Positions 28,277 through 37,631 of a stretch of DNA of 64,000 bases are shown here, piece by piece. The notes below the pieces were generated by a model. It did not search any database. It saw only the letters and a list, made by a program, of their open reading frames with translations, and was not told the DNA's origin. This DNA is from Actinomycetota bacterium (lineage in GTDB: Bacteria; Actinomycetota; Thermoleophilia; BMS3ABIN01). The stretch lies in contig JAMDDD010000024.1 of NCBI GenBank assembly GCA_023489275.1, positions 10,788 to 74,787 of the forward strand, in the 5' to 3' direction. The stretch's first letter is position 1. Each line of letters begins with the position of its first letter. The position numbers and the translations under genes were made by a program.

Positions 28277-28764
28277 GCGGACAACAGACTCTGGGTGCTG
28301 GACTTTGAGTTACCCGGTTCTTGCTTTTCTCCAAAATCTGGTATTCAAAACTGAAAAAATGGACCGCCCTCACTACGATGGCATCTATGTGCCAAAGTGG
28401 TAAATTCTTACCACTTAATCACGAAGAGAAAAGAGTCCGGGCGCAGATTACAACAGCAGCCCTTGACTTGGCAAAGAACGTTTTTCACTTTCACGCTGTT
28501 AATGGGAAAGGAAGAACCGTCTTAAAGAAACAGCTGGCCAGGAAGGCGTCCTACCGTTCTTTGCCAATCAAGCGCCCCGCCTGATTGGATTAGAAGCGCA
28601 AGGTGCAAGCACCTACCGGGCCAGAGAGCTGGGAAAGCTCGGTCACGAGGTGCGGCTCATGAGCCCACAGTTTGTAAAACCGTTCATAAAGAGTTCGAAA
28701 AACAACCAAAACGACGCCGAGGCGATAGGAATCAAATTGGCAGGCAGGGAGAAGACCTGGTTCG
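28277..28764 (+). mobile_element. IS110-family element remnant, copy 2 (left end plus ~110 codons of transposase, 3' truncated against the GGDEF gene)
   Basis: Same as copy 1, then continues ...GHEVRLMSPQFVKPFIKSSKNNQNDAEAI, which matches IS110 transposases. The catalytic DEDD core and C-terminal domain are absent. Confidence 0.6.
28432..28764 (+). pseudogene. IS110-family transposase N-terminal fragment (copy 2), frameshifted and truncated
   Basis: Translated homology as above; no start codon; one frameshift near 28540. Confidence 0.6.
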
Positions 28765-29856
28765 TCAGGAGACAGCCAGCCGCTGTTTCCGGTGGGCCAC
28801 GCTGACACGGTTGCGGCCGCTTTTTTTAGCAACATATAGCAGCTGGTCAACCTTATCCAATAGTTCTTCACGAGACGAAGCCCCCAAGGGATAGCTGGCG
28901 ACGCCGGCGCTAACAGTGATGGCTGTGCTGGCGCCACCCACCGGCACCCGGGCCTGGGAGATAGCCCGCCTCAAACGGCCGGCCGTTTCGATGCCGGCTG
29001 ATTCGTCCCCAGGAATCAGGAGCACGAACTCCTCGCCACCAAAACGGGCGGCAATATCGGATTCGCGCTTTTCCCGCCTCAATGTAACCGCGACGGTTTT
29101 AAGCGCCTCGTTCCCCGCCCGGTGTCCAAACCGGTCGTTAAATTGCTTGAAATGATCGACATCGAACATAACCAGCGTGACTGAGCCGCCGTAGCGCTCT
29201 GCCCGGTGCATTTCGCGATCGAGGCAATCCATGAAAAAACCGTAATTGTAGAGGCCGGTAAGTGAATCGGTGATGGAGGACCGGAGCGTGTGCCGGTGCG
29301 CCAGTTTCTGCCGGCGTTGACCCCAGCCGAGCCCCAGGGCAATGGATGCAAACGTGACCAGGGCAATTATTATCGCCGGGCTCTTTTCGAAAGGAGTCTG
29401 AACCAGAAGCAAGCCGGTAAGCAGCAACGACAGCAGCGCGCCAGCCTCATAAAAATACCATGCCGAGAGGAGAATCGGCGCCGCCAGCAGCGGCCAGAAA
29501 TTATCTTGCCCCATAGCTTTAAGCGCCACCCACAGGAAAAAGAAGGCGCCACCGATAACGAGAACAATTTTCAGCCTGCGGTTTACCGCATCACTGCCGT
29601 GAAGAAAAGGAACTTTTACCGAAGGTTTTGGGGACTCCCGCCTGGGCCGGGCGGTGGCGGCCGGCCGGGCGCGTCTGCCAGACTGGCGGTGGCGACGCTG
29701 CCCGCGCCCTGCGCTCGCGGCTCTTTGTTGGGAAACTGAACCGACCCGGCTTCCCCCAAAAGCGCCAGCTTCGAAGAGTTCCTTATGGTCTGCTGCCGAA
29801 TGCCCGGGTTGACTGCCTTTCGAGCCGCCCGAGCCTGACATTCGCTCAATTTTCAT
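28765..29856 (-). CDS. Membrane-anchored GGDEF-domain diguanylate cyclase
   Basis: RFGGEEFVLL active-site motif. N-terminal TM helices are preceded by an Arg-rich low-complexity segment. Confidence 0.85.
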   Translation of the reverse strand: MKIERMSGSGGSKGSQPGHSAADHKELFEAGAFGGSRVGSVSQQRAASAGRGQRRHRQSGRRARPAATARPRRESPKPSVKVPFLHGSDAVNRRLKIVLVIGGAFFFLWVALKAMGQDNFWPLLAAPILLSAWYFYEAGALLSLLLTGLLLVQTPFEKSPAIIIALVTFASIALGLGWGQRRQKLAHRHTLRSSITDSLTGLYNYGFFMDCLDREMHRAERYGGSVTLVMFDVDHFKQFNDRFGHRAGNEALKTVAVTLRREKRESDIAARFGGEEFVLLIPGDESAGIETAGRLRRAISQARVPVGGASTAITVSAGVASYPLGASSREELLDKVDQLLYVAKKSGRNRVSVAHRKQRLAVS

Positions 29857-30079
29857 GCCTTGCCCCAGGTTTTGGCAAACAATTAATCCTTAATAAATAC
29901 ATTTACTCGCTGCTTGCCCTTCTTCCTTCGATGGGCGCTGCCGCCGGCTACAGAGATCGCGGGCGGCGCCCCCGGGAACAAAAAGTGCTTGACCTGCCTG
30001 CGCTAAGGACTTGCCCCTGCGTCCTTGACCATGGTTTTTTTGCTCAGCCTCGCATACGTATGCCATTTGAGACAGGTTC

Positions 30080-32392
30080 TCAACCACACCGTGAGAAGCC
30101 GCATGACCGGCAGAAGACGCATCCCTCACCAAATTCCAGGCTGGTGCTGCCACATTCGGGGCATTCAGGGCAATGAGCCAGCTCCGCCGACGGCCGCAGT
30201 TCCATCGATTCAATATTTCCGGCCAGTTTTGGCATTTTTTCCAGATGAACCAGTAGCGCCTGGGCGATCGCATCCGGACAGGAATTTACCTTAACACCGT
30301 CCGAGTAGCCCGGCGTGGGGCAACGGATGCCCTTCACTGACTTTACGACGGCATCTACCGCCACTCCGGATCTCAGCGCCAGCGAGATTAACCGCGCAAT
30401 GGCTTCAGATTGGGCGCCCTTGCAACCTCCCGCAAGTCCCATCGATGAGAAAACCTCGAAAAGTCCATGTTCGTCCTGGTTGATTGTGACGTAAATGTTG
30501 CCGCAGCCAGACGTCAGCTTGTGCGTCCCTCCTGTAATAAAACCTGGCCTCGGCCGCGGCTTGACCTGACCGGGAATAAATCCGTTTTTCGCCTGCTTGT
30601 TTCCGGCAATATTTAATACCTGGATCTCACGACTGCCGTCCCGGTAGATTGTGACGCCCTTGCACCCGGTGCGGTAAGCGAGCATGTAAGCCCGCTTTAC
30701 GTCGTCCGTCAAGGCGTCATGGGGAAAGTTGACGGTCTTGGAGACAGCGTTATCAGTAAACTTCTGAAAAGCAGCCTGCATGCGGATATGCCATTCGGGG
30801 CTGACATCGTGCGCGGTAACGAACAGGGATTTCATTTCATCCGGGATCTCCGGCAGATCCTTGAGGCTTCCCTTCTTGGCGATCTCTTTCATCAGCTCCT
30901 CACTGTAGTATCCGCCATCCCTGGCCATTCTCTCGAAGGAGCGATGAACTTCAACCATTTCCGTGTTATCAAGCACGTTCCTGACGTAAGAAACTGCGAA
31001 CAGGGGCTCGATACCGCTGGAACACCCGGCAATTATGCTCAGGGTGCCGGTGGGAGCAATTGTGGTGGTGGTGGCGTTGCGAACCTTCAACCCTGGCGCA
31101 GTATCATAAATGCTGCCCTCAAAATTTGGAAACGCACCCCGTTCCTCCGCCAGCTGTGCGGACTTTTTCCCGGCTCGGTCCCGGATAAACTCCATGATTT
31201 CCGCGGCGACGGTTACTGCTTCCTCCGAATTGTACGGGATACCCAGTTCTATGAGGAGGTCAGCGAATCCCATCACTCCCAGGCCAATCTTGCGATTGGC
31301 CTTGGTCTTCTGTTCAATCTCCGGCAGCGGGTAATTGTTAACATCGATGACATTGTCAAGAAAATGAACCGCTCCGTCGACGACATGGCCCAGATGCTCA
31401 TAATCGAGCTCGCCGGCAGATCCGATCATTCGGGATAGATTGATCGAGCCGAGATTACAGGATTCGAAAGGAAGGAGGGGCTGCTCGCCGCAGGGGTTGG
31501 TGCTCTCGATCTCACCAATATGAGGCGTCGGATTATCACGGTTAATCCGGTCGATGAAAATGATCCCCGGGTCTCCGTTCTTCCACGCGAGATTGACAAT
31601 CATCTCAAACACCCGCCTCGCTTCCAGGCTTTTTGATACCTTGCCCGTGCGGGGATTAACCAGATCATATTCTTCATCCCGGTCAACAGCTTCCATGAAC
31701 TCTTCCGTCAAGGCAACGGAGATGTTGAAGTTATTCAGCCTGTCGTTGCTTTGCTTGGCGGTAATAAAATCAAGGATATCGGGGTGGTCCACGCGCAGAA
31801 TCCCCATGTTGGCGCCCCGCCGCGTCCCGCCCTGTTTAATCGTTTCGGTAGCCGCATCAAACACGGTCATGAACGAGATGGGTCCGCTGGAGACTCCCTT
31901 GGTTGACAGCACCACATCATTGCTGGGGCGGATGCGGGAAAAAGAGAAACCGGTTCCCCCACCGCTCTTGTGGATCAGGGCGGTGTTCTTGATAGCGTCA
32001 AAAATACTCTCCATTGAATCGCCAATCGGGAGCACGAAACAGGCCGACAGCTGCCCCAGTTCTCTGCCGGCGTTCATCAACGTAGGCGAGTTCGGTAAAA
32101 ACTCAAGCCTGGCCATCATCCGGTAGAATTCTTCTTCCACAGCCTCAATATCAGCCTCGCGGTCATGGATCAGATCAGCCTGAGCAATGGTTGACGCCAC
32201 CCGCCGGAACATCTCGGCCGGCGTCTCGACTGGATTCCCATCTTCATCTTTTTTAAGATACCTCTTCTCCAGCACTTTCATCGCATTGGGCGATAGCTGC
32301 GGCTTTAACGGCAAAGACGATATCCGGGAGCCTTTACTGGAAGCCTGCTGGTGTTGATTGACTAACATGGAGTGTTTCCCCTTTCCAGGCAA
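30080..32392 (-). CDS. nrdJ: Adenosylcobalamin-dependent ribonucleotide reductase (class II, NrdJ) with C-terminal zinc ribbon
   Basis: 770-aa protein with the class II RNR N-terminus ([30 protein letters not shown]) and a C-terminal CPECPECG...CVFCRSCG module. Confidence 0.9.
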   Translation of the reverse strand: MPGKGKHSMLVNQHQQASSKGSRISSLPLKPQLSPNAMKVLEKRYLKKDEDGNPVETPAEMFRRVASTIAQADLIHDREADIEAVEEEFYRMMARLEFLPNSPTLMNAGRELGQLSACFVLPIGDSMESIFDAIKNTALIHKSGGGTGFSFSRIRPSNDVVLSTKGVSSGPISFMTVFDAATETIKQGGTRRGANMGILRVDHPDILDFITAKQSNDRLNNFNISVALTEEFMEAVDRDEEYDLVNPRTGKVSKSLEARRVFEMIVNLAWKNGDPGIIFIDRINRDNPTPHIGEIESTNPCGEQPLLPFESCNLGSINLSRMIGSAGELDYEHLGHVVDGAVHFLDNVIDVNNYPLPEIEQKTKANRKIGLGVMGFADLLIELGIPYNSEEAVTVAAEIMEFIRDRAGKKSAQLAEERGAFPNFEGSIYDTAPGLKVRNATTTTIAPTGTLSIIAGCSSGIEPLFAVSYVRNVLDNTEMVEVHRSFERMARDGGYYSEELMKEIAKKGSLKDLPEIPDEMKSLFVTAHDVSPEWHIRMQAAFQKFTDNAVSKTVNFPHDALTDDVKRAYMLAYRTGCKGVTIYRDGSREIQVLNIAGNKQAKNGFIPGQVKPRPRPGFITGGTHKLTSGCGNIYVTINQDEHGLFEVFSSMGLAGGCKGAQSEAIARLISLALRSGVAVDAVVKSVKGIRCPTPGYSDGVKVNSCPDAIAQALLVHLEKMPKLAGNIESMELRPSAELAHCPECPECGSTSLEFGEGCVFCRSCGFSRCG

Positions 32393-32491
32393 TCGGCCAA
32401 TGAAAGATTGTAGACTGCCAGCCGGACGGACCTTTCTCCAGCGCCGCAGGCTACCTGTTGATGGGTCCCCCGACCGTATGAATTTGAGTTT

Positions 32492-32938
32492 CTATGATAA
32501 TTTTGACAATTCACGCTGAAACTCTTCAACATCCTCAAAATGTCTGTAAACAGAGGCGAAGCGGACATAGGCGACCTTGTCCAGACTCTTTAGCTGGCTT
32601 AAAACCCGATCGCCAATCTCCGCCGACGGCACTTCCGTTTTAAATTCATTTCGTAACGCCGCCTCGACGGAATCAACAAATTTTTCCAGAGCCCCGGCAT
32701 CAACAGGACGTTTTTCACAGGCCCGCACCAGCCCCTCGAGCAGTTTGGACCGGGAAAAGACCTCCCGCTCGCCCCTTCTTTTAACCACGACCAGCGGCGC
32801 TTCTTCCACTCGTTCGTAGGTGGTAAAACGACGCTGGCAACTCAGACATTCGCGCCGGCGCCGGATCGCATCCCCGGAGTCAGTATCACGGGAATCAACC
32901 ACTTTCATCTGCATCGATTCACAAAAAGGACATTTCAC
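32492..32938 (-). CDS. nrdR: Transcriptional repressor NrdR
   Basis: Zinc ribbon (MKCPFCES...CLSCQRRFTTYERVE) plus an ATP-cone. Confidence 0.9.
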   Translation of the reverse strand: MKCPFCESMQMKVVDSRDTDSGDAIRRRRECLSCQRRFTTYERVEEAPLVVVKRRGEREVFSRSKLLEGLVRACEKRPVDAGALEKFVDSVEAALRNEFKTEVPSAEIGDRVLSQLKSLDKVAYVRFASVYRHFEDVEEFQRELSKLS

Positions 32939-32981
32939 CGTTATCGACTACATATTGGTGATTGTACATCGCTGACATACA
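32938..32981. promoter_or_regulatory. Candidate tandem NrdR boxes upstream of nrdR–nrdJ
   Basis: CACCAATATGTA (reverse complement) and ACATACAATATTTCGTG share the ACAnnATAT half-site; their centres are ~32 bp apart. Confidence 0.3.
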
Positions 32982-33259
32982 ATATTTCGTGGTAAGAAGG
33001 TCATATCCTGCATGTATCTGAAATGTTAAACCGTTGTTAACACCGGGTAAAGGCCTTGCGGAAAAAGTTTATCTCGCAAATTGCAACATTCAGGATGATA
33101 AGGCTCAAGTTGAACTTTATAGTTGATTAAGATGACCGGTTTAACATAATTGCTTCGGTTGATAAAAAGTTGACTTATAACCAGTCTGGATTTAAAACCT
33201 CACCGGGAAGTAATTTGTACCAGGACCGGGGAAAAGAACTTGAGCCGCTTTTGTCGGCT

Positions 33260-35068
33260 CTATTGATTACGCTGCTCGCGGCGCCCTTTTTCCAGCCGTT
33301 TGGTTAGCTCCGCCGGATCCATGGCCGCCGGCTGGCAAGTTGACCCAATACATATAAATGCCATCGGCCTGTCCCGGTAGCCATAACCGGTAACTTCAAG
33401 CTCCTCGCCATGAATGTCCGGGTCCAGAATCTCCACCGAGCGAAACGGGAGGCGCGCCCGGTGTGCGGCTTTGATCATCTCCAGCGTGGGATTCGCGGCA
33501 GGAGGCCCGATGATTGTTACCCGCACCGGGGGCTCCAGCATCCGCTGTACGGCGCAGGCATAGTCAGCGGCGAAGATGCCTTTCTCTTTGTATGAGTCGC
33601 TATAGCAGGAAAGCGCCCCCCGGGCACTGTCCCCGAAACGTGGCTGGCCCGTTGTCTGGGCCAGCCTCACCAGCGCCGAAGCCGCCAGGCTATTTTCCAC
33701 GATCGGCTTTTCCCGCTTGGCAAAAAAGCCGCTCGGTCCCAGGGGCAGATTGGTGTCAAAAAAACCGCCCCTCTCTTTGTCCTCAAGGTTTGCCAGCACC
33801 CAGGATGCTGTCGAAACCGCACGGTCCAGCCACACCTCCCCGGCTCCGCTTTCAAAAGCGTCAATGCAAGCGGGAACCAGCCTGGCCGCGTCAACGAGCA
33901 AACCTGGCGCGAAAGCGTTTCCATTGAAGTAGTGGCTCGGTCCCCCCGGCTGCGTCCACATCCGGTTAAATATGAATTCAAGCGCCCCCAGCGCCAGGTC
34001 GCGGAATTCAGGATCGCCAAACACCTGAAAGGCTCTCAGGAGCGCCGAAGCTGCGACCGCGTTTGCGGAAAAATACACCGTAAAGTCAACTCGCGGCGCG
34101 GTGGTCCGGGCCCGCCCGCCGGCATCCAGCAAGTAATAATGCTCATCGGCTTCCTGACTGCCGCCAAACGCCCCGGTCTCCCGGTCCAGCAGCACCGAAT
34201 CAAGATAGCGGTAAATGTCGCGGGCGACAGATTCGTACCCCGGTTCTTCCGTCAGCAGAAAAGCATCAGCGTAAACCGCGAGCAGGGCAGCATTGTCTTC
34301 CAGGAGTTTCTCGTAATGAGGGGTGCTCCAGTCTCTTGCGGTTGAGTAGCGGAAAAAGCCGCCCTCGACCCGGTCATAGAGTCCGCCTGCGGCCATCGCG
34401 TCGAGGCTGGCCGTGAGCAGATTCGCAACTGCTTCGATATAGCCATCGGCGAGAGTCATCAAGAGGAAATTAAGCGCTGAGGGATAGGGAAATTTGGGTT
34501 CGATCCCGAAGCCGCCGCTTTCCTCGTCATAACTGTAAGCTATCATCCGGAGGACATTAGCGGCCACGGATTCATCCGGCTCGCTTCCGGAAGCGGCGAC
34601 CTCCAAATCCAGCTCCTGCCGGATCTGCCGCACCGCCTCGACCACCTTCTCCCGGTTATTGACATACAGATCGGAAAAATCAGCCAGCAAGCAGCTTAAT
34701 TGATCAGGAGACAAGTAGGTGGTGCCACCGACCGATTCGCCATCGGGAGTGAGAAAAGCAACCGTCGGCAGGCCTCCCTGGTTATACCGGCTGTTAATCT
34801 CAGGCCGCCGGTCGCTGTCTACGCGCACCGGTATAAAGTTCTCATTGATCAGGCTGATGACGCTTTCATCGGAATAGCAGGTCTCGTCCATCACGTGGCA
34901 CCAATGACACCAGGAGGCTGAAATCGCCAGCAGCACAGGCTTCCCCTGGTATTCGGATTGCTTAAACGCGTCCTCGCTCCACTCCCGCCAGTTTATCTCC
35001 CGCGCGCGGTTCGGCCGCGGGGAAAAGCGGAAAACTTGATCGCTGTCTTTTTTCTGTTTATCTTCCAC
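33260..35068 (-). CDS. Thioredoxin-domain (DUF255/YyaL-like) protein with six-hairpin glycosidase-like domain
   Basis: AISASWCHWCHVMDETCYSDESV thioredoxin-like N-terminus followed by a long alpha/alpha-toroid-like region. Confidence 0.8.
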   Translation of the reverse strand: MEDKQKKDSDQVFRFSPRPNRAREINWREWSEDAFKQSEYQGKPVLLAISASWCHWCHVMDETCYSDESVISLINENFIPVRVDSDRRPEINSRYNQGGLPTVAFLTPDGESVGGTTYLSPDQLSCLLADFSDLYVNNREKVVEAVRQIRQELDLEVAASGSEPDESVAANVLRMIAYSYDEESGGFGIEPKFPYPSALNFLLMTLADGYIEAVANLLTASLDAMAAGGLYDRVEGGFFRYSTARDWSTPHYEKLLEDNAALLAVYADAFLLTEEPGYESVARDIYRYLDSVLLDRETGAFGGSQEADEHYYLLDAGGRARTTAPRVDFTVYFSANAVAASALLRAFQVFGDPEFRDLALGALEFIFNRMWTQPGGPSHYFNGNAFAPGLLVDAARLVPACIDAFESGAGEVWLDRAVSTASWVLANLEDKERGGFFDTNLPLGPSGFFAKREKPIVENSLAASALVRLAQTTGQPRFGDSARGALSCYSDSYKEKGIFAADYACAVQRMLEPPVRVTIIGPPAANPTLEMIKAAHRARLPFRSVEILDPDIHGEELEVTGYGYRDRPMAFICIGSTCQPAAMDPAELTKRLEKGRREQRNQ

Positions 35069-35159
35069 CAGATATCAAATAAGTTTCGCATAGATAGTTA
35101 TTCAAATAAAAGCTAAAGAAGCAATCAACGGCAACTTCGATTGCTTATATAATGTCTTT

Positions 35160-36536
35160 ATGGAGTCTTCGCCGACAGTTGCCGCGATTTCCACGCCGCT
35201 GGGAGCGGGCGCCATCGGGATCGTGCGCATGACCGGATCTGAGGCGATCGACATCTGCGACCGCATATTTACCGGTCGACGGCCGCTCGCCGAAGCTGCC
35301 TCGCATACGCTGAATTACGGCGTCATTCTTGATCCAAAAACTAAAGAGGCAGTCGACGAAGTGCTTGTCGGCGTCATGCGGTCGCCGGCCAGTTACACGC
35401 GCGAAGATATTGTTGAAGTCAACTGCCATGGCGGTCCCGTCGTTCTGCAAAAAATACTCTCGTTTTTCCTGGATGGCGGCGCGCGGCTGGCCGGCCCCGG
35501 AGAATTTACCAGGCGCGCTTTTTTAAACGGCAGGCTGGATCTGGCGCAGGCAGAGAGCGTCGCGCAGATTATTGCCGCCAAGACCGGCGCTGGTTTGCGT
35601 GTGGCAATGTCACAGCTTGGCGGGGGGCTTTCGGAGACAATCAAGTCTCTGCGCTGGTCGATCCTGAACGTCCTGGCGGCGGTAGAGGCGGGAATCGACT
35701 TCTCGGACGAAGACATTGAGGAGCTGGACAAAAGCGAGGCGGAAGCAAGGCTGGAGCAGATCAATCAGCAGATCGGGGAACTCGTTAATACGGCATTTGC
35801 GGGCCGCGTTCTAAATCAGGGCGTCCGGACCGCGATTGTCGGTCAGCCCAATGTCGGCAAGTCCAGCCTGCTAAACGCGATGCTGATGCGAGAGAGAGCC
35901 ATAGTCACCGAGATCCCGGGCACAACCCGGGACACAATCGAAGAGGTGATAAACGTAAAAGGCATCCCGCTGCTTTTAATCGATACCGCGGGGTTACGGC
36001 CGCACGCGGACACCGTCGAGAAGATTGGCGTCGAGCGCAGCCTGAGGGCGATGAAAGAAGCGGATCTCATCCTTTGCCTTTTTGACGGCAGCCAGCAGGA
36101 GAACGATCATGACCGGGCGCTGCTGACATCTGTACCGGCGGAAAAAACCGTTTACGTAATTAATAAGTGTGACAAATTTCGTGGACGTCAACCCGTGTTT
36201 AATCTGGGCCTGCTGCCATCGCAGCCGGTAATAATCTCCGCGCTGACCCGCCAGGGTATGCGGGATTTGACGGAAAAAATCGCCGCAGCTGTCCTGGGCG
36301 GGTCTATTCCGCCTCTGGAAAACCCGATCGTGACTCAGGAGCGCCACCTCCGGCTCCTGACAGAAGCATCTTCTTTTCTGAACAGAGCAGCTCAAGGCCT
36401 GCGGGTTGGGCTTGGGGAGGAGCTGATCGCCGAGGAGCTGCGTTCGGCCCTGTCAGCCCTGGATGAAATCACCGGGGAGGAGTTCATCGACGATCTCCTC
36501 GATACTATCTTTCACGAATTCTGCATCGGCAAGTAA
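35160..36536 (+). CDS. mnmE: tRNA modification GTPase MnmE
   Basis: G-domain motifs (GQPNVGKSS, DTAG, NKCD) and the C-terminal CIGK. Confidence 0.9.
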   Translation: MESSPTVAAISTPLGAGAIGIVRMTGSEAIDICDRIFTGRRPLAEAASHTLNYGVILDPKTKEAVDEVLVGVMRSPASYTREDIVEVNCHGGPVVLQKILSFFLDGGARLAGPGEFTRRAFLNGRLDLAQAESVAQIIAAKTGAGLRVAMSQLGGGLSETIKSLRWSILNVLAAVEAGIDFSDEDIEELDKSEAEARLEQINQQIGELVNTAFAGRVLNQGVRTAIVGQPNVGKSSLLNAMLMRERAIVTEIPGTTRDTIEEVINVKGIPLLLIDTAGLRPHADTVEKIGVERSLRAMKEADLILCLFDGSQQENDHDRALLTSVPAEKTVYVINKCDKFRGRQPVFNLGLLPSQPVIISALTRQGMRDLTEKIAAAVLGGSIPPLENPIVTQERHLRLLTEASSFLNRAAQGLRVGLGEELIAEELRSALSALDEITGEEFIDDLLDTIFHEFCIGK

Positions 36537-36557
36537 ATACCGGGAGCGGCTCGTATC

Positions 36558-37616
36558 TTGCATGTAAATTCCTGTAATTCCCTCGATTTCCATGACGTTG
36601 CCGTCGTTGGCGCCGGACCGGCCGGCTGCGAAGCATCTCTTGCTGCTGCTGCTGCCGGAGCCAGCACCATTTGCCTCACGATCAACCTCGATGCCGTTGC
36701 CTTGCATCCCGCGAACCCGGTGCTGGTTGATGGAACCGGCGATCCGAGGATGCGGCTTCTGGAAGAGCTTCACGGGGCGGGCGCCGCTCTGCCAGGGCTG
36801 TTGAAGGAGCCGGGAGCATCCATCGAAAGCGGCGCCAGGACAGTGATCGACCGGCGCGTACTCGGGCTTGCCTACAAGGAACGCCTTGAGTCTGCTAACG
36901 GGCTGTCCCCAAGGCAGTCGCTGGTGACTTCGATTTCCCCTGGCAAAGGAATCTGGAATGTCGCAACCAGCCTCGGAGAAACCTTCCGGGCTGCAGCTGT
37001 TGTTGTGGCTGCGGGAACATACCTGAATGGTGTAGTCACAGCGGGAGGGGTCAGCACGCCGGGCGGAAGGCATGGCGACATCCCGGCAAATGCGCTCGCC
37101 TGCTGCATCAAAAGCCTGGGGATAGCAATGGAGCGCACCACAGCGACCAGTTATCCCCGTCTGGACTCGCGCAGTGTCGATAACGCCGGCGACGGATTGG
37201 TGCCGCCCGACGAGGCCGTTCTGGGCGAACTTTACGGCTCGGATGTCGATGTGGATGGGAACGGGGCAGCGGCTTTAAAGCAGCTGCGGCGGAGGGGCGG
37301 CTATTCCGAAGGATGGATTACCCGGTTGGGCTATACCGTGCATCACCACATTTTAACTGCTGATCAAGTTGATCCAACCCTGCAGGCTTTGCGCCAGAGC
37401 GGCCTTTTTTTTGCCGGCAAGGCCGCGGGCAGTTGCAACTATACCGAGGCAGCCGCCCTGGGCTTTGTCGCCGGAAAAAACGCGGCTGCCCTGGCCACAG
37501 GGGAAGCTGATATAAAGTTGACTACAAATCATATATTTATTACTAAGCTTTGCCGCGCGGTCTCCCGGCAGCAGTCACGGCCGGTCACTATTCGCATTCC
37601 GCCGCCCGGTTGTTAG
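36558..37616 (+). CDS. Half-length MnmG/GidA-like FAD-binding protein (paralog lacking the catalytic Cys and the C-terminal MnmE-binding domain)
   Basis: DVAVVGAGPAGCEASLAAAAAG Rossmann motif, AAGTYLNGVVTAGG and SGLFFAGKAAGSCNYTEAAALGFVAG align to MnmG blocks. MnmG's SCNP is replaced by LHPANP. The product is 352 aa against 629 aa for the true mnmG next door. Confidence 0.55.
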   Translation: MHVNSCNSLDFHDVAVVGAGPAGCEASLAAAAAGASTICLTINLDAVALHPANPVLVDGTGDPRMRLLEELHGAGAALPGLLKEPGASIESGARTVIDRRVLGLAYKERLESANGLSPRQSLVTSISPGKGIWNVATSLGETFRAAAVVVAAGTYLNGVVTAGGVSTPGGRHGDIPANALACCIKSLGIAMERTTATSYPRLDSRSVDNAGDGLVPPDEAVLGELYGSDVDVDGNGAAALKQLRRRGGYSEGWITRLGYTVHHHILTADQVDPTLQALRQSGLFFAGKAAGSCNYTEAAALGFVAGKNAAALATGEADIKLTTNHIFITKLCRAVSRQQSRPVTIRIPPPGC

Positions 37617-37631
37617 CATATTACAGATTAA

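Larger units (their letters stand above)
26289..28652. repeat. Exact tandem duplication, 2 x 1182 bp (copy 1 at 26289–27470, copy 2 at 27471–28652)
   Basis: Direct sequence comparison: offset 1182, identical over every line checked. The ORF-track proteins are identical (144 aa, 87 aa). The novel junction is gtcacgaggtgc|aaaaaaactgcttg at 27470/27471. Confidence 0.9.

Noticed and set aside
26289-28652. CRISPR array or other short-period repeat
   Set aside because: The only large repeat in the window is a single 1182-bp tandem duplication containing genes. There are no short direct repeats with spacers.
30000-30080. Intrinsic terminator after nrdJ
   Set aside because: The hairpins present (GCATACGTATGC; AAGGAC...GTCCTT) are not followed by a U-tract on the nrdJ strand. 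The T-run lies on the opposite strand, where no gene ends.
32939-33259. DnaA-box cluster or oriC in AT-rich intergenic DNA near the gidA/parAB array
   Set aside because: No TTATCCACA or TGTGGATAA-like 9-mers found; the region is more consistent with the nrdR promoter.
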